Shown here piece after piece: positions 46,361 to 54,858 of a stretch of DNA of 64,000 nt (its first letter is position 1; the number at the start of each line of letters is the position of its first letter). Where the stretch lies: assembly GCA_965203095.1 (NCBI GenBank), contig OZ241877.1, forward strand, positions 1,024,001 through 1,088,000, given 5' to 3'. The DNA is from Bdellovibrionales bacterium (GTDB taxonomy: Bacteria > Bdellovibrionota > Bdellovibrionia > Bdellovibrionales > UBA1609). The position numbers and the translations under genes were made by a program. Under the pieces are notes generated by a model. It was not told where the DNA came from. It searched no databases and worked only from the letters and a program-made list of their open reading frames with translations.

Positions 46361-47095
46361 ATGAAAAACTTTTTATTAAAAGAGCTTATTGTCTGGCTGA
46401 TCATTTTGACCGGTTTAATTGTTTTTTCTGTTTTTGCTTATATTATTGCTGTAAATAAAGGCCGGCTTTTAACCAGCCTTGTATCTTATAAAACCCATTT
46501 ATCAGAATCCACGGGTATTTATGTCGGCACAAAAGTCACTATTCAGGGGGCTAACACGGGGAATGTGATTAAAACCACTCTTCTTCCTAATGGAAATGTA
46601 GAAATTCGCTTTAGTGTCCGGAAAAGTCATGCTTTTGGAATCACATCAGCCAGCAGGGTTCAAATAAAAAACTCAGGAGCTTTAGGGGATCGTTTTATTA
46701 ATATTGCCACAAAGGACATTTCTGCTCCCGTTTTAGAAAAAGGCTCTCTGATACCTTATGAGTCGGCCAGCACTCTTTTGTCTGTTTTAACAGAAGGCGG
46801 AGGTGAGGTTAAAAAATCCCTTCAAAGTGTTATATCGCAAATTGATGAATTGCTTGGCAACCTCAACGAAAAAGGAGCCAGTGGGCTTTTGTCTGAAAGC
46901 CAACAGGAAGATATTTCTCAAATATTAAAAAGTGCAAAAAGTATTTTAGAAAAAGCAGATTCTGGGAAAGGGACACTGGGAGCCTTAATCAATGATCGTT
47001 CTCTATATAACCGTCTCCTCATTCTTTTAGGGAAACAGCCTAAGAGCAATTACTTGCAGGAGCTGTCCCATAAATCAGGGCAACCATCAAAATAA
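46361..47095 (+). CDS. mlaD: MlaD/MCE family protein
   Basis: N-terminal TM, GIYVGTKVTIQG, GALGDRFINI, GKGTLGALINDRSLY. Confidence 0.88.
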   Translation: MKNFLLKELIVWLIILTGLIVFSVFAYIIAVNKGRLLTSLVSYKTHLSESTGIYVGTKVTIQGANTGNVIKTTLLPNGNVEIRFSVRKSHAFGITSASRVQIKNSGALGDRFINIATKDISAPVLEKGSLIPYESASTLLSVLTEGGGEVKKSLQSVISQIDELLGNLNEKGASGLLSESQQEDISQILKSAKSILEKADSGKGTLGALINDRSLYNRLLILLGKQPKSNYLQELSHKSGQPSK

Positions 47096-47124
47096 CACTT
47101 TTTGTTATAGGCTTTTTGAAATAT

Positions 47125-48327
47125 TCATCTCATTCCATTTTTAGTCCAAATATTTACCCACACAGCGAAGGCTCTGGATGGAAGTCTATACGAACCTTTC
47201 TGATTAGGATGATCTATAATAATTTGTCGCTCCTTTAATGCTCTTAAGGCATTGTTGATAGTGCTGGTTTTTATTTGTGAATTTTTTACTATATCCGATC
47301 GAGTCACCCATACATCAGATTGCCGGGCCATGTATTGCAAGACTTTTCTATAATCATTGGAATCTATTTTATCATAAAACATATTATTAAAAAGCTTCTC
47401 CCCTAATTGCTTTAAAGCTCCTTCGTTTTCATCATAGATTCCTTTCCTGACATCCTTTTCATCAATAATATCATCTTGATCCACTTCAAAAGAACTATAA
47501 CAGAACTGTTGCAAAAAATAAGGGTATCCTTCTGCCAGCTCAACTATTAAATCTTTTGCTAATTTTTTAATAATTATTTGTCTTTTATTTTTCGCATTGG
47601 CCTCTTTCATCCCTAAATCTATGACAGTTTTACTGTCTTCTAATGTTAAAGGCTGAAGATTCAAAATGTGAAAAATTCTTAATGAAGACTCATGGCTTTG
47701 TCTTAATCTATTTATAGTTTCCGGAAGACCAGATATTCCAAAACAAACATTATTGCTCTCTATTGTAGCCAACCTCTCAGTCAACAGCTTGAAAAAAGCT
47801 CCTAAATCAGCCTTTCCTTTAGGTTTATCCACATCATCAATCAAAACACATATACCGTCTATTTCCTTTCTTTGGCCAATTTTTTTAAAAAGATTAGCTA
47901 TATGTGGAATGAGCATGTGATTTGGTGTTTTTCTTTCTCTTATTGAGATATATGAAGATTGAATGTTTGCAATTAAGTCTTTTACATGGCTAAAAACTTC
48001 TCTTTTGTTTATTTCTATTTCTGTTTCAGAAATTAATTTGCCAATTATGTTTAAAAAGCTGTCATGTCTCGGTTCTAAATCAACTTTAATAATTGCAAAC
48101 TTATACTTTTCACTATGATCTTTATTTAAAGCACCGTCGGCCAAAGCTCTGGCATATAGCATTAATGACGATTTGCCTATCCCTCGCTCCCCTTGTATTA
48201 AAAAATTTTGTGAGTTCCCATACTTCGCTTGAAACAAACTTTTTTCTATAATTTCTATTTCTTTCTTTCTTCCAGAAAACATGCCAGGATGAATAATACT
48301 GCCCGGTTTAAATGGATTGTATTTCAT
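47125..48327 (-). CDS. AAA+ P-loop ATPase (AAA_16/archaeal-ATPase-like) with C-terminal winged helix
   Basis: NPFKPG..FSGRKKE, GERGIGKSS (Walker A), VLIDDVD (Walker B), GYPYFLQ, and C-terminal wHTH (STINNALRALKERQII). RBS aggagg. Confidence 0.85.
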   Translation of the reverse strand: MKYNPFKPGSIIHPGMFSGRKKEIEIIEKSLFQAKYGNSQNFLIQGERGIGKSSLMLYARALADGALNKDHSEKYKFAIIKVDLEPRHDSFLNIIGKLISETEIEINKREVFSHVKDLIANIQSSYISIRERKTPNHMLIPHIANLFKKIGQRKEIDGICVLIDDVDKPKGKADLGAFFKLLTERLATIESNNVCFGISGLPETINRLRQSHESSLRIFHILNLQPLTLEDSKTVIDLGMKEANAKNKRQIIIKKLAKDLIVELAEGYPYFLQQFCYSSFEVDQDDIIDEKDVRKGIYDENEGALKQLGEKLFNNMFYDKIDSNDYRKVLQYMARQSDVWVTRSDIVKNSQIKTSTINNALRALKERQIIIDHPNQKGSYRLPSRAFAVWVNIWTKNGMR

Positions 48328-48350
48328 TGTTTATTTTCCTCCTAAATTGA

Positions 48351-48670
48351 TAATAACAGCTAATAATCGGTAATAATAGCTAATAATCGGTAATAACAGC
48401 TAATAATCGGTAATAATAGCTAATAATCGGTAATAATAGCTAATAATCGGTAATAATAGCTAATAATCGGTAATAATAGCTAATAATCGGTAATAATAGC
48501 TAATAATCGGTAATAATAGCTAATAATCGGTAATAATAGCTAATAATCGGTAATAATAGCTAATAATCGGTAATAATAGCTAATAATCGGTAATAATAGC
48601 TAATAATCGGTAATAATAGCTAATAATCGGTAATAATAGCTAATAATCGGTAATAATAGCTAATAATCGG
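48351..48670. repeat. Non-coding tandem array of 16 x 20 bp (TAATAATAGC TAATAATCGG), flanked by direct repeat TAAATTGAT (48343-48351 and 48671-48679)
   Basis: Counted directly. Units 1 and 3 read TAATAACAGC. Stop codons occur in all frames on both strands. Confidence 0.97.
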
Positions 48671-48678
48671 TAAATTGA

Positions 48679-48861
48679 TCAAGCCTTTTGAGAGATGGAG
48701 TAAATAAGCACATCAAAGCTCATCCCATCTCGTTTATAAGATTGTTTTATCATTTTCTTTTTTTTCATGCCAATTTTTTCAAACATTCTTTGGCTAATAA
48801 TTTTGTTCATGGCACTTAAACTTTGTAGCATTCTTGGGCTTAATCGATATGGGAAAGCCAT
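48679..48861 (-). pseudogene. C-terminal remnant of a RimJ/RimL-type GNAT acetyltransferase
   Basis: NKIISQRMFEKIGMKK...YKRDGMSFDVLIYSI matches the RimL-family C-terminus. The N-terminal part is missing. Confidence 0.6.
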
Positions 48862-49696
48862 TTTTTTCCTGCTTGAACATAATCTGGATTGATCTCTATC
48901 CCTAAAAAATCAATGCCTAAACTTTTGGCCATAGCACATTCTGAACCCGAGCCCGCAAAAGGAATGAGTGCCATCCCCCCGCTCCCATTGATTTTAGATT
49001 TTAAAAGCCGGGCCGAAAGCTCTAAGGGCTTTTGTGTGGGATGTCTTAAAGGGCTCCTTTCCACCAAACCTTTCCCACCAGCAAGGGCTGAGATTTTTAA
49101 AACATCTCTTGGCAAAGCCCCGTTTTTATGGCCATTATAAATAGTCTCTTTTTGGCCAAATCGGCTGGGAGTCCCCTTTCTCTTTTTACCAATGCACTTT
49201 TGATAAGCCGAAGTATAAGGTTCTCTGATTTGATCTATTTCCAACTGAGGTCTTTTCCCACTCCAAAAGCATAGGTTCATGACACTTTCATGGCTGGTTT
49301 GCCAAAATTTAAGAGAGGGAACAGTTTTGTTAGTGTAATGCCAGACTAACCATTTTTGATTTTTCAAAGGGAATTGGACAGATATATGAGACAGTATTTC
49401 CGGAAAGCCATAAACATAGAGCAAAGCTCCATTTTTTAGACGGGAGAGGCAAAGTTTTATCCAACAAACAGACCAATCCACATAATCCTTTAAATCCCGG
49501 CGATCTTTGTTATTCCCAAAATCTTTCCCTATATTATAAGGGGGATCGGCAATAATCACATCAAAGTTCAGCTGAGAGGGGAGTTTTTAATTACTTCTAC
49601 GCAGTCTCCTAATACAATATTGTTTAATACAGGATTGGGATTTTTGAAAGTTTTTTGGGGAGTGGTTTTTTCTTGTTTTGCTACGCAAAAAGCCAT
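48840..49696 (-). pseudogene. N4C/N6A DNA methyltransferase (beta class), frameshifted
   Basis: RBS gggagg and ATG 49696 give ...NNIVLGDCVEVIK then a stop. One extra A in the A5 run (49584-49588) restores KKLPSQLNFDVIIADPPYN...HPTQKP...PFAGSGS...GIEIN. Confidence 0.85.
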
Positions 49697-49793
49697 GTTT
49701 TCCTCCCTTAAGTAGAAATATAAACTGGGGGAGGCTGAGCCTCAAGCTTTAACGGCTTTTGTCAATTCCGAATCGGCTTTAGTCGGGCTGGCT

Positions 49794-49828
49794 AAAAAAA
49801 GCCCAAACTTAAGAAAGCTTGGGCTTTT
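49794..49828 (-). terminator. Rho-independent terminator of groESL
   Basis: aaaagcccaa...ttgggctttt hairpin followed by T7 on the minus strand. Confidence 0.75.
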
Positions 49829-49850
49829 CAGGTTAAACAAAAGAAGTTTT

Positions 49851-51503
49851 TTACATCATAGGCATTCCGCCACCCATGCCTCCGCCGGGCATTCCGCCAC
49901 CAGCTGGCATTGGAGGATCCTCTTTTTTCGGCTCATCAGCAACCATAGCCTCAGTGGTAAGCATTAAAGAGGCTACAGAACTGGCATATTCCAAAGCACA
50001 ACGAACCACTTTTTTAGGGTCAATCACCCCCGCTTGGAAGAGGTCTTCGTATTTACCAGTCCAGGCATTAAAACCAAAATTCATTGTGTCTTTTGATTGG
50101 AGGGTGCGATCCAAAACAATCGCTCCGTCCACTCCCGCATTAACGGCAATCTGACGGATCGGGATCTCACAAGCTTTTTTAACAATGTTCACCCCAAACC
50201 GCTCCTCTTCACTCACTTTAAGAGAATCTAAAGTTTGTGCGGCCCTTAAAAGTGCCACTCCGCCTCCGGGAACAACCCCTTCCTCCACAGCCGCTCGTGT
50301 AGAGTTAAGAGCGTCTTCCACACGGGCTTTCTTCTCTTTCATTTCCACTTCAGAGGGAGCACCCACATGAATTACAGCCACCCCACCGGAAAGTTTAGCC
50401 AATCGCTCTTGGAGCTTTTCTTTATCGTAATCGGAGGTGGATTCCTCAATTTGTGCCCGAATTTGCTGAACTCTGGCAGAAATAGCCGTTTTGTCCCCAG
50501 CCCCGTCAACAATTGTAGTGTTGTCTTTGTCAATCACTACCCGTTTGGCTCGGCCTAAAACTTTAAGGCTCGCGTCTTCTAATTTATCGCCACGCTCTTC
50601 ACTCACTAATTGGCCTTTAGTTAAAATGGCAATGTCTTCTAACATAGCCTTCCGGCGATCGCCAAAGCCGGGAGCTTTAACTGCCGCCACCTGCAAAGTG
50701 CCTCTGAGTTTATTGACAACCAAAGTGGCTAAAGCCTCCCCTTCCACATCTTCTGCAATAATCAAAAAGGGTTTTCCTGCCTGAACCACACTTTCCAACA
50801 GTTTCACAATGTTTTTCATGGAGCTGACTTTTTTGTCATGAATCAAAATGTAGCAGTCTTCTAAAACGGTCTCCATCCTCTCTGCATTTGTCACAAAATA
50901 AGGGGATAGATAACCTCTATCAAACTGCATGCCTTCCACAACATCTAACTCTGTCATGGAGGTTTTGCTCTCCTCAATGGTGATAACACCCTCTTTCCCC
51001 ACTTTGTCCATAGCTTCGGCAATGATCTCGCCAATCTCTTTATCATTATTGGCAGAAATTGTGCCCACTTGAGTGATCTCCTTTTTCCCTTTCACGGGTT
51101 GAGAAAAGGTCTTTAACTCTGAGATCACCTTTTCTACCGCTTTATCAATCCCTCTTTTAATTTGAGTGGGGTTGTGATGGGCACTAATGTATTTTAGCCC
51201 CTCATTGTAAAGGGCTTGAGCCAAAATAGTAGCAGAAGTTGTGCCGTCCCCAGCTTCATCGTTGGTTTTGCTGGCCACTTCCTTAACCATTTGAGCACCC
51301 ATGTTTTCAAATTTGTTTTTCAACTCAATCTCTTTAGCCACAGTCACCCCGTCTTTTGTGATGACTGGCGAACCAAAAGATTTTTCAATCGCCACATTCC
51401 GACCCTTAGGCCCAAGAGTGGTTTTTACAGCATCAGCCAGAATGTTAACTCCTCTGGCAATGGAGTTTCTGGCTTCTGAGCTAAAACGCAATTCTTTGCT
51501 CAT
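49851..51503 (-). CDS. groL: Chaperonin GroEL
   Basis: [44 protein letters not shown] tail. Confidence 0.99.
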   Translation of the reverse strand: MSKELRFSSEARNSIARGVNILADAVKTTLGPKGRNVAIEKSFGSPVITKDGVTVAKEIELKNKFENMGAQMVKEVASKTNDEAGDGTTSATILAQALYNEGLKYISAHHNPTQIKRGIDKAVEKVISELKTFSQPVKGKKEITQVGTISANNDKEIGEIIAEAMDKVGKEGVITIEESKTSMTELDVVEGMQFDRGYLSPYFVTNAERMETVLEDCYILIHDKKVSSMKNIVKLLESVVQAGKPFLIIAEDVEGEALATLVVNKLRGTLQVAAVKAPGFGDRRKAMLEDIAILTKGQLVSEERGDKLEDASLKVLGRAKRVVIDKDNTTIVDGAGDKTAISARVQQIRAQIEESTSDYDKEKLQERLAKLSGGVAVIHVGAPSEVEMKEKKARVEDALNSTRAAVEEGVVPGGGVALLRAAQTLDSLKVSEEERFGVNIVKKACEIPIRQIAVNAGVDGAIVLDRTLQSKDTMNFGFNAWTGKYEDLFQAGVIDPKKVVRCALEYASSVASLMLTTEAMVADEPKKEDPPMPAGGGMPGGGMGGGMPMM

Positions 51504-51563
51504 CCTTACCTCCTTATTATATGTAAGTTAATGGCGACCCTAAAAAGCCACCTGATGAATTTT

Positions 51564-51854
51564 TTAGTTTAAAACTCCGTAAATATCCTCTTCCCTCATC
51601 ATCAGATATTCATCTCCGTCTAACTGAAACTCGGTTCCCGCATATTTACCAAAAAGGACTTTATCCCCTTTTTTAACATCTAAAGGTAGAACTTTGCCTT
51701 CGTCGTTTACGCGACCTTTCCCGATAGCCACAACTTCCCCTTTAAGAGGCTTTTCCTTAGCGGTGTCAGGGATAATGATCCCACCAGTGGTTTTGTTCTC
51801 CTGCTGGAGTCTTTTAACTATAATCCTGTCTTGTAATGGTCTTACTGACATCAT
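51564..51854 (-). CDS. groS: Co-chaperonin GroES
   Basis: [36 protein letters not shown]. Confidence 0.98.
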   Translation of the reverse strand: MMSVRPLQDRIIVKRLQQENKTTGGIIIPDTAKEKPLKGEVVAIGKGRVNDEGKVLPLDVKKGDKVLFGKYAGTEFQLDGDEYLMMREEDIYGVLN

Positions 51855-52089
51855 TTTCTTCCTCCTTATTTATTTGTAGAGTAAAATAAGCGGATTTTAC
51901 AAAAAGAAGTCAAGCTTTTTAATGATTTTAATAAAAATTTTTTGGATTTTCGCCAAAAAAGCTCATAAAAAGGGGCTTTTTATAAACTTTTTGAGACATT
52001 TTTAAAGTCAGGGAATGCCTTTTTCTTGCTTTTTTCAAAAAAACAGCTTAAAAATCAGGAGATTTTAAATAAGAAAGGGTTCAATTATT

Positions 52090-52443
52090 ATGAAAGTGGC
52101 TTTTTTGATTTTTTTAATAACTTGTGCTATGGGCACTCAAGAGGCTTTGGCCACCCAGAAATATATAATAAAATGTGATTGTCACTTTAGAGCCTCAGAA
52201 GGAACAGAATCATCAACATTTCTGGTTAATGGCTTTGGATATGGGGATCCCGATGCTATTCGTAATGCTTATGATAATTGCACAAAAAACCTTGAGGGAG
52301 TGAGCATCTCAAATTGTCGCCGGATAGAGGTAGATTCTTGTGAAAGCTCACAACAAAGCCGAAGAAAAAACCAAAAAGGAAACCAAACAGCACGGGATGT
52401 GACTATGATTCGGGAGTCGTTAAATGATTTTGAGAATCAGTGA
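52090..52443 (+). CDS. Hypothetical exported Cys-containing protein
   Basis: Signal peptide MKVAFLIFLITCAMGTQEALA, several Cys. Confidence 0.6.
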   Translation: MKVAFLIFLITCAMGTQEALATQKYIIKCDCHFRASEGTESSTFLVNGFGYGDPDAIRNAYDNCTKNLEGVSISNCRRIEVDSCESSQQSRRKNQKGNQTARDVTMIRESLNDFENQ

Positions 52444-52663
52444 GGCATTGGTTTTGATATTGTTGGCCCAATTCTTCTAAATGTTCATCCGCCTTTAGGG
52501 CCTGTGCTTTTGCTTTTTGGACTTCTTCCGCTTTGACTAAAGCCATCACTAAGGCCACTTTTCTTTCTAAATCCAATTGGCGACAGCTCTCCTCTTGGTC
52601 ACTAAAAAGAAAAGGCGAAAAAAAAACACAAATAAACAAGATAAAAAACTTCATTTTAATCAT
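52403..52663 (-). CDS. Small hypothetical exported protein
   Basis: Signal peptide MKFFILFICVFFSPFLFS. Follows the protease gene. Confidence 0.55.
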   Translation of the reverse strand: MIKMKFFILFICVFFSPFLFSDQEESCRQLDLERKVALVMALVKAEEVQKAKAQALKADEHLEELGQQYQNQCLTDSQNHLTTPES

Positions 52664-52666
52664 TTA

Positions 52667-53770
52667 CTAACTCCAAAACCAATTTTTTGACCATTTTAGC
52701 CCCCGCTCGTCCCGTTCCCGGCGGGAAAGGGATGAAGTGACCCCTCGGGCCCTACGAGATGTGGCCGACAGATCTCCTGAACCGTTTTGAGACAAAAGAT
52801 GTTTTATCCTATCAATATGAGGGCCTCCGTTAAGATTATTATGTGTGATACTGCTAAAGGCCACTAAGCCCACCAACTCTCCTTGGTTATTGAAAACAGG
52901 GCCACCGCTGTTTCCGCCACCAATAGGAATATCAAAAGTGATGCATGCATTACAGCGATAACCATCATATTCTAATGGTCTGCTGGGGTTTTTGTTGGTT
53001 AAATGCCCTTTAGAGCTTGTCCATTTTATTCCATTGGGGCTACCTATGGTCCAAAGCTCATCTAAGAGCTTAAGGGAATCCAAACTTCCATGGTCAGGCA
53101 CCTTTGTATTGGGCAAAGCTCTAACCAATACCCCAAGGGCAATATCATCTTCATCATCATACCAAGCCACTGAACTCAATACCTCCCGATTCCCAGAGTG
53201 ATTTTCCGCAATGGTCAACATATTATACCTGTGTTTCCCAGCTACCGTATAAGCACCAATGACCTCTCTAATCACATGGTGATTGGTTAAAACACTGGAG
53301 GAGGTTTGGAAAACTCCGCTTCCATGATATCCCGTTGTTATACAAGTATTAGCGGTGTCGCAAGTATCTATACAAGCGTTGACGGCGGTCACTGTGTTGT
53401 AAGTGTCCGGATCAAGACAACCCAAATCCGTTTCAACATCTGGATCTCCTAATACACAATTTTTATGGGTGGTTTCAGAAGAGGCAGAATCGCATACCCC
53501 CACCAATTTATAGATATAAACAGCAGTATCTAAATAATCTTCCACTGATAGATTGGGGTTTGTGCTCAAAAAAGAAAATCCCGAACGAGAAGACGAGGAG
53601 CTTGAACTCCGGCGGGAAGAACTTCCCCGGCTACGATAAGATCCACTATCTCGCTCCCGGCGGGAAGAGCCAGAAACCGCTCCTGTAGAAGCCCGAACAA
53701 TAAGCTGACCCTCCTGAGGCTGGACCATGCAGGCCGGCAAAAGCAAACAAAAAGCAAAAAAGAACCTCAT
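52667..53770 (-). CDS. Trypsin-like serine protease lipoprotein
   Basis: Lipobox LLPAC and catalytic triad motifs LTNHHVI, DDIAL, GGNSGGP. Likely start ATG 53770. Confidence 0.88.
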   Translation of the reverse strand: MRFFFAFCLLLPACMVQPQEGQLIVRASTGAVSGSSRRERDSGSYRSRGSSSRRSSSSSSSRSGFSFLSTNPNLSVEDYLDTAVYIYKLVGVCDSASSETTHKNCVLGDPDVETDLGCLDPDTYNTVTAVNACIDTCDTANTCITTGYHGSGVFQTSSSVLTNHHVIREVIGAYTVAGKHRYNMLTIAENHSGNREVLSSVAWYDDEDDIALGVLVRALPNTKVPDHGSLDSLKLLDELWTIGSPNGIKWTSSKGHLTNKNPSRPLEYDGYRCNACITFDIPIGGGNSGGPVFNNQGELVGLVAFSSITHNNLNGGPHIDRIKHLLSQNGSGDLSATSRRARGVTSSLSRRERDERGLKWSKNWFWS

Positions 53771-53777
53771 GTTTTTA

Positions 53778-53805
53778 TTTTCGGCAAAGTTGGTCTCAAA
53801 TTTTA
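53778..53805 (-). promoter_or_regulatory. Sigma28 (FliA)-like promoter
   Basis: TAAA-N16-GCCGAAAA ending 7 nt before the protease ATG. Confidence 0.6.
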
Positions 53806-53958
53806 AAAAAATCTTCCGGCCCAAGGTTTTGTGCTTTCTACAACCTTTTTTTGGCATTGAGTTATTTTCATAAAGTGTCTATACTCAACAAAAGTCGGGG
53901 AAATTTTTGTGAAACCTCTCCCGGACATAAAAACAGCTTATAAATTCAAGGGGAAAAC

Positions 53959-54858
53959 ATGAGAGAACCTGTGAGCATTTTAGAAGTGGGCCCCAGAGAT
54001 GGCCTTCAAAATGAAAAAATTCTTCCTTTAAAGTGCAAATATGATTTTATCCAAAAGCTTTCCCACTCTGGCCTCCACCGGATAGAGATAGGCTCTTTTG
54101 TTTCTCCTCAGTGGATTCCTCAAATGCAAGACACTTTGGAGCTAAGCCAAAAAGTTTTAAAAGCTCAAAGGCAGGGGCAAATCCCTAAAAAAATCAAGTT
54201 TTCGGCCTTAGTTCCTAATCTTAAGGGCTTAAAGAAAGCTCTCAACTCTGGCCTCCGGGAGATCTCTGTTTTCCTGTCCGCCACAGATTCTTTCTCCAAA
54301 AAAAACCTCAATCGCTCTATGGAAGAAAGCTATCTCATCTATAAAGAAGTTTGCCGGGAGGCTTTAAAAGAAAACTTAAAAATCCGAGCCTATTTGAGCG
54401 TTTGTTTTGACTGCCCTTATGAGGGAAAAGTCCCCATCGCCTCTGTTTTGGAATGGGTTAAAAAAATAGAAGATCTCTCTGTTTATGAAATCTCCATTAG
54501 CGACACCACTGGCCGGGCCAGAGCTTGGGAGGTTCAAACTCTTCTGGAAAAGCTTTTCCGCTTTATTCCTAAAAACAAAATAGCCGGGCATTTTCATGAT
54601 GTCCATGGCATGGCTTTGGCCAATATTTTAATGGCCTATCAGATGGGGGTTCGTAGTTTTGACGGGAGTGCGGGAGGATTGGGCGGATGCCCTTACTCTA
54701 AAACCCCTTCGGGAAATGCCCCCACAGAGGCTATTATTTATCTTCTAAAAGATCCCAAGGATCCCACTATTAAAAATTTGATTAAGACCGCTCTTTGGCT
54801 GGAGAAAAAATTAGGGAAAAAACTCCCCTCTCCCTTCCTCCATGTAAAAAAAAATTAA
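53959..54858 (+). CDS. hmgL: Hydroxymethylglutaryl-CoA lyase
   Basis: EVGPRDGLQNE, SFVSPQWIPQM, ISDTTG, HFHD, GGLGGCPY, GNAPTE. Confidence 0.93.
   Translation: MREPVSILEVGPRDGLQNEKILPLKCKYDFIQKLSHSGLHRIEIGSFVSPQWIPQMQDTLELSQKVLKAQRQGQIPKKIKFSALVPNLKGLKKALNSGLREISVFLSATDSFSKKNLNRSMEESYLIYKEVCREALKENLKIRAYLSVCFDCPYEGKVPIASVLEWVKKIEDLSVYEISISDTTGRARAWEVQTLLEKLFRFIPKNKIAGHFHDVHGMALANILMAYQMGVRSFDGSAGGLGGCPYSKTPSGNAPTEAIIYLLKDPKDPTIKNLIKTALWLEKKLGKKLPSPFLHVKKN

Noticed and set aside
24739..47833. DnaA boxes TTATCCACA at 24739 and 47825
   Set aside because: Isolated and intragenic, with no cluster or dnaA context to indicate oriC.
48351..48670. CRISPR array
   Set aside because: Units are contiguous with no unique spacers, and there are no cas genes in the window.
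52655..52705. Possible frameshift in the G5 run near the protease 3' end (alternative tail AKMVKKLVLELVND)
   Set aside because: Both endings are plausible and lie after the catalytic domain. Undecidable without homologs or reads.
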